A DNA stretch of 63,228 nucleotides from Octopus bimaculoides (taxonomy: Eukaryota): the NCBI RefSeq assembly GCF_001194135.2, contig NC_068992.1, positions 68,192,039 through 68,255,266 of the forward strand, written 5' to 3'. Shown here one piece after another: positions 1 to 11,768 of the stretch. A program made the position numbers and the translations under genes. Under the pieces are notes generated by a model. The model searched no databases. It was not told the origin of the DNA and saw nothing but the letters and a program-made list of their open reading frames with translations. Within the stretch, counting starts at the first letter, position 1, and the number at the start of each line of letters is the position of its first letter.

Positions 1-40
<40 letters not shown>

Positions 41-245
41 ATTTGTGTTTCTATGTTTGTGCCCCAACATCGCTTGACAACCGATGCTGGTGTGTTTACA
101 TCCCCGTAACTTAGCGGTTCGGCAAAAGAGACCGATAGAATAAGTACTAGGCTTACAAAGAATAAGTCGTGGGGTCAATTTGCTTGACTAAAGGCGGTTC
201 TCCAGCATGGCCGCACTCAAATGACTGAAACAAGTAAAATAGATA
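41..245 (+). mobile_element. SINE-like interspersed repeat, 3' body and tail (abundant Octopus-type family)
   Basis: ttagcggttcggcaaaagagaccgatagaataagtactaggcttacaaagaataagtc...ctcaaatgactgaaacaagtaaaa. A second, similar copy lies at 44806-44935. Confidence 0.7.
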
Positions 246-284
246 AAGAGAGTAAAAGAGAGTGTATATATGTATGTATGTATA

Positions 285-900
285 TGATGTAAATGAAGAT
301 GTGTTGAAAAGATGTAAGGATGTACAAAGGAGATGGGCAGAGTATTTTAGTGAGCTGTTAAATGTGGAAGATGATAGGGAGGTAAGTATAGTGGATGTAA
401 CAGGAGAGAGGAGAATGCCTGTTGATGGGGAATGACACTATGGCGCAATTGGAAAGGATGAGGTGAGGGAATACTTGCGGAAGATAAGCAAACCGGAAGG
501 CGCCAGGTAGAGATAGGGGAAGAGTAGAATGCCTAAAGAAAGGAGGAGTGACAGTGATTGAATAGTTAGTGAGGCTTATAACTGTTTGTTATAAGGCTGG
601 AAGAGTACCAAAGGACAGGTGCAGTGCCTGTATAGTGCCATTGTACAAGGGAAAAGGGATAAAGGTGAGTGTGAAGTTTTAGGGACATACGTCTGTTGTG
701 TGTGGTTGATAAACTGGATGGTAAAGAGGGTGATAAAGGCAGAAGTGGTAGGTAGCAGAACCAGAGGCAGACCTTGGTTTGTGTGGAGGGATGGAGTGAG
801 GAAAGCTTTGGTGGATACAGGTGTTGGAGTGAGAGAGGCAAGACAGTTTATAAATGTCTGTGGACGGATGAGTGAATTTGTTGTTGCTCAAAGGGGGACG
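285..900 (+). mobile_element. RTE-clade LINE remnant: pre-RT and start of RT fused to the C-terminus, RT core deleted
   Basis: Frameshifted translation gives RWAEYFSELLNVEDDREV...KAPG...LKKGGVTVIE*LVRL...ACIVPLY.GK.DKGEC..FRDIRLLCVVDKL, then directly MVKRVIKAEVVGSRTRGRPWFVWRDGVRKAL (RTE C-terminal GxRxRGRP..W.DGV motif). Confidence 0.8.
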
Positions 901-1458
901 GAACCAGCATGATGCGACGGGGGTAAACCAGCATATTCTGTCGGGCCCCACTGCTGATATTGGGTGTTGCGTTCAATGCCTTGACCCGAGAATAGGACGA
1001 AGCTCACCCCTTTGAGGGTATATATATGTATATATATATATATTATTTAGATTGACAGCCGAGTCCGTAAGTCGAGGTTTCTGTGAAGACTGGACAATTC
1101 TCTGAATCCACATTTTATACTGCTCATAAATATGTGTGTGTGTATGTCTGTGGGAGCGCGCGCGTGTAGATAGTCAAACGAACATTCTATGTTCATGAGA
1201 CTACGTTTATATTACTGATAATTTGGAAACGCTCCCATTGAATTTATAATTATATCTTCCATTTCCATATTTTTTCTCTTAGATTAAAGTAGTTGGAAGC
1301 ATTCTGCCAGCTATCCACTTTTTTTGACGCGGCTATTTAAAATTAGGAATTCCAGAATATTTAGCTACATTAAACTGGAGATTTGCTTGGATGCTATCTT
1401 CAGTAATAGAGCACAAATAGGTTGCCAGACTTATTATTTACGTAATAACAGTTCTAAG

Positions 1459-1468
1459 TAATAATAAC

Positions 1469-1543
<75 letters not shown>
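1459..1543. repeat. (AAT)n microsatellite
   Basis: Read directly from the sequence. Confidence 0.95.
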
Positions 1544-1545
<2 letters not shown>

Positions 1546-2583
1546 ACTAACGATAAACTCGATTACAATTTTCAAGCACTGACCTCTGAAACGTTTAATC
1601 TCACAAATAATAATGTAGTTATTATTTATTAAATAAATAGAAAGAGAAAAATTTCAGTGTGAACTTTATTTTCTAAAATTTAAATCAAATCTGTTGCCAT
1701 TATTCATTGACGTATTCCACCCCAGAAATGATATACCTACCATTTTATACAGGTTATCTCAAGCCAAATTCAAAAGTGTAGGTTCCGTATATATTTTTTA
1801 TTTTTTTATCATAAAGTTGATTATGCAGATATTTATCTACTATGGAATTAAAATTACCTGAAATATTCTCTGTATGTCATTCAAGGTTAATCTATATTTA
1901 TAAACAGCTAATATAAGTGTTTGTTTGTTTGATTGTTTGATTGTTTGATTGTTTATGGGGTGGTTGGTTGGTTGGCTGGTTGGACGGTTTCTCCAGTCAT
2001 GCTTTAAGTAGAGTAGAGAGATGAGAAGAGAAGGAGTGATAGAGAGGTACAGAGAGAGTTAACCTAATGCGGAATGATTGCACATGGTGGCAATCAATCA
2101 GTGCGGTAACGTTACACATATAGAGAGAGAGGCATATTGCGAGGCGAAGAACCATAGAGACGGATGCGCAGAGGAGGAAGCGCATGACAGTGCACTTATG
2201 AAATTTGTTTCGTTTTAATAAGTAGGGTATTCGAATTAATTGTATAAACAACGATGTTTCACGCCATTGAAAAACTGTAGATTACAAATAAATTATGTAG
2301 TGTGTGTGTGGCATTTATGCTCGTTTGATTTTTATTCATGTTCGCTGCTCTTTACGATTCTTATAACCGATTGGGTATAAGCATATCTTTCTGAACTAGG
2401 GTTACTGCATTGTAAACGTTTACAACGTTTAATCAATTGAGGTCTTCATAACTGTGCTTATATCTTTTGATATTCACACACACACACACATATAGAGAGA
2501 GAGAAAGAGAGAAAAAACTTACTTGGAAATGGATGCGTGGCGTTCAATCATAAGATAATATAAATAATATATATATATATATA

Positions 2584-2787
2584 NNNNNNNNNNNNNNNNN
2601 NNNNNNNNNNNNNNNNNNNNNNNNNNNNNNNNNNNNNNNNNNNNNNNNNNNNNNNNNNNNNNNNNNNNNNNNNNNNNNNNNNNNNNNNNNNNNNNNNNNN
2701 NNNNNNNNNNNNNNNNNNNNNNNNNNNNNNNNNNNNNNNNNNNNNNNNNNNNNNNNNNNNNNNNNNNNNNNNNNNNNNNNNNNNNNN
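2584..2787. other. Assembly gap (N). Other gaps: 3954-4252, 6607-6714, 12974-13277, 24448-24656, 26929-27220, 36031-36611, 49769-50235, 51832-51841, 54743-54752, 54971-55091, 56015-56760, 60897-60906
   Basis: Runs of n, nearly all flanked by (AT)n, (CT)n or (GT)n. Confidence 0.95.
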
Positions 2788-3384
2788 ATATATGCATGTA
2801 TACATACATATATGTACATACTTACACATATATGCATATACATATGCATGTATGGGTACAGGACGTCATAAGACGTAAATAACGTAAATACGAAATACGA
2901 AAACATGGAATATGAACTTTTTTCTGCGAACAACGAAAGAAACAAATGGAAAACAAGACAAGTAACATAAAGGACGACCCTTCATCAGTTGTCGGCTGTT
3001 TTATCCACTCCACATTTTGAGCAATTAGGACAAGATGTGTCTTCGAGAAACAGTTGTTCCTGCAATAAAATTTGAGATTTTCAAAAGGTCAAAAGGTCAA
3101 AGTTGGTAACAAAAAACAGGACAGATGAAATAAAACAGTAAATGCTGCTAAGCCATAACGAGGTGAGGTGGCTAAACGTTGGAGGAACAAGCTTTGACAG
3201 GAGAAAAAGGCAGGAGAAAAGACAGACAAGAATGCGTATGATATGTGTAGCAGATCAAAACATGGGATAGTATGGCAGTGCTGAAATTTGCTGTCTTTTA
3301 GGGTAGGTCTCTTTTTGTTAAATACACTGAGATCCAATTTCACATCCCACAATATTAGTCAGTCAGAGACGAGGGAGATAACTC

Positions 3385-3850
3385 GCATCAGGTATTTTAA
3401 CTCCAGGCACATTGATAAAAATGTATTCTCTTACGCTTAAAAGTGCAGTTTATCCCTGAACCATCGAGACACTTATGTGTATGTGAGCTTCATATCGTTT
3501 ATATCCTTCGAGCTGCTTCTATTTCATATTTGAATTTTCATACGTGGTATAAAAGTTGGGACAGAGGGCGATTTAGCTTGTATCGAGCCTTGTTCCGGTA
3601 CGCAGTGTTGACAAGTCATAAGAAAGACGAAGCATCAATGTCCACCGCTCCAAAATGGAACTTGATGCAAATTATCTCGCTTGTCTGTGACTGACATCCA
3701 GGTGTTTTAACACCAGGTACATTGATGAGAATATATTTTCTTACACTTAAAAGCACAGCCTATCCACGAACTAGCAAAATAGATATTTTGCGTGTGTATG
3801 TTCGCAATTTTTTATATCCCTTCAGCTATTTCGAATTCATATTTGAATCT
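3385..3850. repeat. Diverged local duplication, two ~150-bp units about 310 bp apart
   Basis: catcaggtattttaactccaggcacattgataaaaatgtattctcttacgcttaaaagtgcag (3386) versus catccaggtgttttaacaccaggtacattgatgagaatatattttcttacacttaaaagcacag (3695). Both units end in catatttgaat. Confidence 0.75.
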
Positions 3851-3900
3851 ATATCTAAATCTTTATCAATATAATTCTATTTATCTATCTATCTATCTAA

Positions 3901-3902
<2 letters not shown>

Positions 3903-3953
<51 letters not shown>
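3903..3953. repeat. (CT)n microsatellite running into a gap
   Basis: Read directly from the sequence. Confidence 0.95.
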
Positions 3954-6469
3954 NNNNNNNNNNNNNNNNNNNNNNNNNNNNNNNNNNNNNNNNNNNNNNN
4001 NNNNNNNNNNNNNNNNNNNNNNNNNNNNNNNNNNNNNNNNNNNNNNNNNNNNNNNNNNNNNNNNNNNNNNNNNNNNNNNNNNNNNNNNNNNNNNNNNNNN
4101 NNNNNNNNNNNNNNNNNNNNNNNNNNNNNNNNNNNNNNNNNNNNNNNNNNNNNNNNNNNNNNNNNNNNNNNNNNNNNNNNNNNNNNNNNNNNNNNNNNNN
4201 NNNNNNNNNNNNNNNNNNNNNNNNNNNNNNNNNNNNNNNNNNNNNNNNNNNNGTTAGTTTATCGACAATGACATATCGCTTCATCAACTAAACGTACATT
4301 TATCGATTCGGTATGTACAAAATACATAAATAAATAAAACATTCTTTGTCAATGCGTATTTCACATATCTTCCTGAACAATGAAAAGTCTTCATAAGAAT
4401 AAATAGAATTATTGATTTTTATATAACTGTTTCTTTTTTCTATGGTAATATTTTTTTCTATCATTCTTCTCCACGTCAAATTTTAATTTGCCCGAAATAA
4501 TTTTCACAATTCCATTTACAACACTATCATATTTCTAGGATTATGGACTTATTTTGAGATACAGCTAAAGTTACTTTATATCATTCATTCGTGCCATTTC
4601 AGTGCAAAATAATACCCTTGCAGCATCTTCTGTTGACTCTTTTCTTTACAAGAATCGAACATTTTGTCCATTGCATGTTGGGCCGTTTAATGGGGAAAAT
4701 ACTTCATGTTGACACGAATCTGCGTTGAAACTGTACTTTTCTTTCTAATTCCTGCAACTGGCGATTTTCTTCTTCTTTTGCATTTCGTATCGAAGCGACA
4801 CGACAAAAAGAGCTCGATCAAATATGCACTTGGATCAATATAACCGATTACAGATTCAAAATAGGCCGAAACACTCGCAAGATCGGGCGAATTGGAGGAA
4901 TAAACTTGTACGAGCAAGCCAGTAGTATGTATAAGATAATATGTATAAACCGAAATAAACACACACCCATGTACACAAATTCACACTAGCCATCATTATC
5001 ATCATGCTGTGTTGGTACTACTGGTTAAACAAATGGTATATATACTGGATGTTACTATCTGTTTGAACTTAATTTAGTAATCGTAGGATCTCACTCTAAG
5101 ATCCAGCAAAGTATTCTTGAAGGAGGCTTCTTTCCTCACTCAATAGCATTAATGATGGTTCACCGTCATTGTGATGCTGGGTGGTCTTCTGTTTGAGTGT
5201 TATTAGATGTTACACATGACCATATTCCAGTAAGGTATTGCTCTTCAATGTCACAATACCATTGTCATTTTAAGTATTTCGGATGTTATAATGTGATATT
5301 AGTCCAGAGTAATGCAAATAGTTTTCAGTTTTGTGCCAGGCTACGATGATAAAATACGTATTGTAATACATTGATTCCATTCATAAAAGTTTACCTGTTA
5401 GCTACCATCTCGCTGACATCCACCATCCAATCGTTGGTATCATTCACTTAGAAATATGGGTTTGTGGCTTTTCTTTTTAGTTATTTTCTGGTCTGAAACA
5501 TCCTCATTCTTTTCAGCAAAGCAATTTGATGTTCTTTCCTAGCGTGATATTATCATCTGCTGTTGGCTAATACGTACTTTGCTAGCCATTATACAGAACT
5601 GTTCTCTACAACATTGATACAAAATATAATTATCGCACAATCATTTTACTAGTGCATTGCATATGCAAATCTATCTAAGTTATTTTTATACTGTTAGTGC
5701 ATCTATAGTTAGTTTCGTCATAAACAAATAGAGAACGTAAACAGTTGCCGAAATAACCCTATAGAGAATTGAATCCATCTGCCTGACCTTTCTGTTTCTC
5801 CCTACGAAGATATTGCATGTAGACATAGGGTGCTTACTTCAGGCTATGCTCACAGTTTGGGCTAAAACTTGATATATTGTTTTATAGCAGAGCATTTAAA
5901 CAGTACACTCTTATTGCAGCAGTAATTTATTAATTCTCTTTCGGTTATGAAATATTCTCCTCCTGGTACTAGTCATAACGTACTGTATGACATAGACTTA
6001 GAAATATGGTTGTGTGTGTGTATGTGTGTGTTAGTGTGTGTGTATGCTTGCGTGAGTTTGTGCGTGATTATGACTATGTAACTTAAAGCAAACTACACAC
6101 AAATGTATCTCTCTATATCACTTATCTTAGTCATTATGAGTGTAGAAGAATATGTATGGCGCTTGGATGTATGCGTTGAGTCGCTAGAATCATGAATCAT
6201 AGTCTGTCAATATCAATACTGATACTCTTACTAAAATAGAATTCAGCGAAGATGTTTATTTATAATCTCATACCAGCTTTTACTCATTTCCTATATAGTT
6301 CTCTCGATTGTTTTCCACTTTCAGTTTGTCTTTCCTGTCAGGATTTGTTTTTCATTTTAGTTAAATCTCATCAATGAAATAACATAGCATTACGTTTTAG
6401 TTTACATATCTATAAGAGCGTACATGGTGTATGAACACAAACACTCACTCACTCAAACAAATTTAGATA

Positions 6470-6484
6470 AAGAGACAGACAGAC

Positions 6485-6537
<53 letters not shown>

Positions 6538-6580
6538 CACAAACAGACAGATAGATAGACAGATAGATAGATAGAGTGAT
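6470..6580. repeat. (GATA)n/(GACA)n microsatellite
   Basis: Read directly from the sequence. Confidence 0.9.
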
Positions 6581-6999
6581 GGGTTCAAATATATGTATGT
6601 ATATATNNNNNNNNNNNNNNNNNNNNNNNNNNNNNNNNNNNNNNNNNNNNNNNNNNNNNNNNNNNNNNNNNNNNNNNNNNNNNNNNNNNNNNNNNNNNNN
6701 NNNNNNNNNNNNNNACAGACAGATAGATAGATAGAGTGATGGGTTCAAATATATGAATGTATATATATATATCATATGTGTGCGTAAATATATATATATA
6801 TACATATATACATGCACATACACACATTTATATTCATGTATATGAATATATACATAGATGCGTTATTCCGTGTTTGAAGTCTTTCATTTAACATTTCAAA
6901 GTGATTTAAATAAAGGCAAATCATTTTCTTATTTTTCATCAATTCGCACTGATATGGCATGGTGGATACGACAGAGGTAATTCCCTTCAAAGGAATTAT

Positions 7000-7682
7000 G
7001 TCATGAATAATCATGCAGCAGAGAAACGGTTGAATAGAGATCTGCATGAAATTTCGCCAAAAGCTTGGCGATACCTGAAAAAAGTTTTCATCGACAATCA
7101 AGATCTTGTGCAACGTGAGTGTCGTTTTGGTCAGCTGAAAACAGTTTTTGCACAAACTTGCCAGACACGCGCCGAAATCTTCAGTGATAATGGACTGAAC
7201 CGAACCGTAACTAATTTTCACATCTTCTAATAAGTCACGGATTCGACCATTTCCGCTCAAAACTACAAGCATATCTGCGATGCTTTTCTCAGATCTGCCG
7301 GTTAAGGTCTCCCAGAACGTTCGTCATTATCGAAATTTCTCGGCCATCTTTGGAAACATCTAAACCACTTGTACACTTGTGTGCGGCTTATACACTGCTA
7401 TCCATACGCTTTCTACAACTTTGCGTAGGCCTTTGAGCAGGTATCGCCATGGCAACTTCTCTGTCATGGTCAATGTGACGATCACACGCTACACACTTGC
7501 CTTCCAAGCAAGCTGTAAACAGCGGAAGTGAGCTAGAACATTAAAACTTAGTGCGCATGCACAGCAGAGTTCAAGGTCAATCAGTGCGATGCAGCTTCAC
7601 TCTGCGTGCTTTAGCTTCGTTACTATGTTTCCATAGGAATCAGGGTAAATATGCCCGCATATGTAGAATACTTTGACCACCG
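7000..7682 (-). mobile_element. Mariner transposon 5' half (terminus plus N-terminal HTH region of the transposase), decayed
   Basis: Minus strand gives MTEKL..GDTCS.AYAKL.KAYG.QCISRTQVYKWFRCF...DERSGRP...ISYGSVQSIITED...GKFVQKLFSADQ. Terminus-like actttgaccacc near 7668-7680. Confidence 0.75.
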
Positions 7683-7689
7683 AGCACAT

Positions 7690-8640
7690 GTCCCTATAGA
7701 TTGCAGCGATCCAGCCTCTGAAAATGGGACAAAAACCTGCCGCCTTCAGGACAACCACGGAGTATTGATGGTCGACCCTACCAAAAGATTTCGATTAATC
7801 TGAATTGATTAGGGCTCCACTCATGCAAGGTTCTTTACAACCCCTTTCTATGATGTATTGTGTGAGGTGGAAGTTGTGGATAGATCAGTTGGGGATAGTG
7901 CAAGTCTGCGCTTTACTCGCTAGTCTGTCACCAACAATTCCCAAAAGCTATCCGAAGAATTCTGGCATATGAGTATAACGCACGAACGGCAGACAATCCA
8001 AGCCCGGGAAACCTGTCCTTTGTAAGCGAGACATCGCATCACAAATATCTTCGGTTGTCATAAGTGCCAATCTTGCCGACAGCTCGTCTATCGTTATGCT
8101 TTATTAAGTGCCTCTTCAAATTTCCTAAGTAGGTCACACTTTACTCTAGACTCCTCTATTGCTATGACCTTGCTAGACCCTAACACTTCTACTTTAATCG
8201 CCCTTTTCAAAGCCACCCATCATCGGTTGTTGACGACATCACCCATCAACTTTTGATAGACGAACTTGCTAAGCCGGTTTCTGAAAGCGACAGGAAGGAC
8301 ACGTTCAGCTTCTAGTATCCGGGACCTTGTCCCTGAAGCCTATCTAGATCGACCGTAGAGATCACAACGTTGTGGTTTGCGTAGACGGCAACTTTAAATT
8401 GTCGACACCCTATGCTATCCTTATCTATTAGCCTACAGAACAACCTATATAAATATGACCGTGATGATCCGATGCGAGTTGCCCAAGTCCACAATGGCGC
8501 ATCCAGGAAACTCTGTCTGTACTTGACAACCTGTTGGAAGTGAATGAACAACTTTACTAGGCTTTTACAGCCGCCTCTACTATCGGCTACACCCGCCTGC
8601 ACCAGATGTGTATACAAAATAGCGTTCAAATCACCCACTT
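7690..8640 (-). mobile_element. Tx1/L1-clade LINE remnant (APE endonuclease C-half, linker and start of RT), internally deleted
   Basis: GDLNAIL...WTW..RIGSSRSYLYRLF...NHNVV...GPGY*KLNVSFL (endonuclease); FPGL.DCLP; QTCTIP; GALINSD*SKSFGRVDHQY...AAGFCPIFRGWIAAIY (DxxKAFDRVDH RT motif). Confidence 0.8.
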
Positions 8641-8987
8641 TACTATTTATTTTAGTTTATGAAAAAAATATGAAAATTCGTTTATATACTAACAACTTTA
8701 CTGTTCATTTTATTTTATGATAAAACGTATATGAAAAAAAAAATATATATGTTTATATTTTGCTAGTAGCACGGGAACTCGTACCACTACTATAACATTA
8801 ATAAGAAACATTTTCTTTGATGTACGCCTGTGCTTGAATGGGTGAAAACATTCGTTCTTCAGGATTTCAGTAAATCTTATTACAAATACTTTCAGTGTGC
8901 ATCTATTTCAGAGTACTTGAACGTATCAGTTTAGTGACATTGCAGTGTTGCAGTGTATATTTTTACCCCCAACATATCGCTACAAAT

Positions 8988-9372
8988 GGAGGCGCAATGG
9001 CCCAGTGGTTAGGGCAGCGGACACGCGGTTGTAGTATCGCGGTTTCGATTCCCAGACCGGGCGTTGTGAGTGTTTATTGAGCGAAAACGCCTAAAGCTCC
9101 ACGAGGCTCCGACAGGGGATGGTGGCGAACCCTGATGTACCCTTTCACCACAACTTTCTCTCACTCTTTCTTCCTGTTTTTGTTGTGCCTGTAATTCAAA
9201 GGGTCAGCCTTGTCATACCGTGTCACGCTGAATATCCCCGAGAACTACATTAAGAGAACACGTGTCTGTGGAGTGCTCAGCCATTTGCACGTTAGTTTCA
9301 CGAGAAGGCTGTTCCGTTGATCGGATCAACTGGAACCCTCGACGTCGTAAGCGACGGAGTGCCAACAACACA
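8988..9372 (+). mobile_element. Full-length tRNA-derived SINE
   Basis: A-box tggcccagtggttagg and B-box ggtttcgattccc; caacaaca tail; flanking direct repeat gctacaaat (8979-8987 and 9378-9386) as the target-site duplication. Confidence 0.85.
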
Positions 9373-11471
9373 ACATGGCTACAAATAGAATTCTTTATTT
9401 CCAAGGAACCTGATTATCTAAACTATTCAGAATTGAAATGTTGGTATAATTTATTTTAATTATTCCACTGAATGTAGTTTTAAGGCTCTTTCTACTCAGC
9501 ATATTGTTAGACATTCGCTACATAAATAGGACTTTCATGAGCATACTGGGCCATAGATGATAGCATAAATTTTTACAATATGCACAGAAGGAAAACAAAT
9601 CGTGCGCATATATTTTCTGGTAATGCCAAGTTTTACCTTTTGTAGTTTTCATAAATTGGTATTATGATTTATCTTGATTATGCGAGCAAACAGACGACCT
9701 ATAAATCAGAAACCTATTTCAATTTAAAATAGAGTTCAGTGGTTATTACTTACTCGCATATCAGTCGAAACTAAATGCAGACAAGTAGGGAAAATGTTGT
9801 TTCACTTCGAAACAAAAATATATTAGGAGAACATAAAATTTTGTCCGCAAAATTTGTTGCTACGAATTTCTGTATTTTCAATCAGCCTGAGAAAGAAAAA
9901 CTGAAAATAGTATGAGAAAATATTACAGGCAAAGGTTATTGGCTTGATTTAGGGCTTTTAATTGTCCATTTGTGTCTATATGTAACATTGTCTAGCTTTT
10001 TAGGAATGTGTATAATATCACCTAACAATATTTTCTTCCTTCTAATACTTTTATTTGTTATGTGAATTCCTTTTTAACTCTGTGTAGGAAGTATTTGACT
10101 AAGTGTTATAGTTTTAGCGTAGCAGAAGTTATGTAACATTTGGGAGACTATTCGAAAATCCTCTGCATTAGAACGCTGTTTTGGATGCTGAGAATGTTAC
10201 AGTGAAGAAGTAAATCTGCTTATAAACTGTAAAGTCAATCCTATTTCAGACTGGACACACTTCACAGTTATTAGCTGGCATTGAAGGGTAGCAGATAAAT
10301 GTGGTTTATCCACCAAATATAGCTTACGAGAATGTTTGTAGAAGGAACGTTTGTTTTTCAGTATGATACAAATGAAAGATTATTAGTCAGGTGGTCCTAC
10401 GGATGAGAGTTGATGAGGCCTGGGTTAATAGTCTGAGTGATATCTATTTATATAACAGTATTTCCATCTAAATTTTAATCAAAAAACCCAACGAATAACA
10501 AAATCGTATTTGGATTTTTCCTTTTTTTTATATGCAGTATAAATAACTCGATTTATAGTTAGGATTAATTTGAGATATCAAGCTATATCTGCTTTAGTAT
10601 ATTGTAATTTATAGGGTGCTACACTGAAAGTCATTTTGTCTAAATAATTTACAAAACGTTATGTTTTGGAAAATCCTTTTGGCCATCAGCTGGAGAAAAA
10701 CCAATTGAGGCAAAGCTAGAATGAAGGGTTGAAAGAATTGATTTCTCCTGCATCTTTGTAGGTGACAGAATTGCATGTGTTTCCGCACAAAATTCCTTCA
10801 GTAATTGCAAATTTTCTTTACATCTTCAACTACTTGTTTAATGAATTTAGTCTTCCTAATAGAAATAAGAAAGTTTACGTAATCGACTTCTTTCTTTAAA
10901 TATTTGAAAAATATTAGGATACAACGTCCTGCCGTTTAGCACACAATGATATTCGTTGCAGTTTTCTCGTAAAATGCTAAATAAATGTTATCAATGGCAT
11001 ATATAAATACAATTATATTTATAGTTGCTCAAACTATTTGGCTAGATTCATGGAATTCAATTCCCAAACTGACAAGACAGAAAATTTTATTGGAATTTTG
11101 TACAACACGAAAGGTTTATGTTTTCGAACAAGCTCTGAATGAATTTCGGAAGATAAAAAATGTTTATAAAGTATTATTTTCTAAACTGCTTATGAAATAA
11201 CCAATGATTTATGTGAGTTGAATTTATATGAGTTCAGCACATAAATCTATAAATTTCATTTTTAAGAAATCATGACAAATTATACGTGTCAATGGAAACG
11301 CGCATAATAATTTATGGCCAAATAATTGTTCCTAAAATAGAAAATTAATGAATTCAATAAATTAAAATTTTGCATAGAATTTCAATGGGATAAATTATCA
11401 GTTTCATATTTAACATTGAATAAATTGTAATCCTGTTAAGGATAGGAAATATCAACTCTACGAAACTGATT

Positions 11472-11472
<1 letters not shown>

Positions 11473-11564
<92 letters not shown>
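11473..11564. repeat. (CA)n microsatellite
   Basis: Read directly from the sequence. Confidence 0.95.
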
Positions 11565-11565
<1 letters not shown>

Positions 11566-11728
11566 TTGTTTTGCAAGATTTTTGATCTGAAATCGTGTGT
11601 TGAAACAGATGTTGTTGTACTTGGGGATGGTCATATTGCCAGTTTAGCCAATAAAAACACACGCACTGTATATTTGGTGTTAATTTGCCTCCCCTTTATA
11701 TTACTTTACATTACATTAATTCTATTTC

Positions 11729-11768
11729 GGCCAGAGTTCTTTCGTCACAGTGACCTCATCAGTGGTCC
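11729..11768 (-). ncRNA. Putative minimal type I hammerhead ribozyme, slightly degenerate (Penelope-like-element style)
   Basis: Minus strand GGACCA-CUGAUGA-GGUCACUGUGAC-GAAA-GAAC-UC-UGGCC. The full catalytic core is in the correct order with stem I (5 bp, 1 bulge), stem II (4 bp, 1 bulge), a 2-bp stem III and a CUC cleavage triplet. Confidence 0.55.

Noticed and set aside
2960-2995. CUGAUGA on the minus strand as a hammerhead
   Set aside because: No GAAA after the putative stem II and no stem I partner.
4687-4962. Minus ORF with SSNSPDLA as a mariner or Tc1 catalytic motif
   Set aside because: The surrounding residues do not fit the SPDLAPxD context convincingly; too weak to call.
6541-6770. 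Direct repeat of agatagagtgatgggttcaaatatatg across the N-gap
   Set aside because: Near-identical sequence on both sides of a gap is typical of an uncollapsed allelic overlap in assembly.
8988-9060. tRNA genes at the SINE heads (also 13384, 36630, 47043, 61425)
   Set aside because: A- and B-boxes are present, but there is no full cloverleaf and they continue into SINE bodies, some with TSDs.
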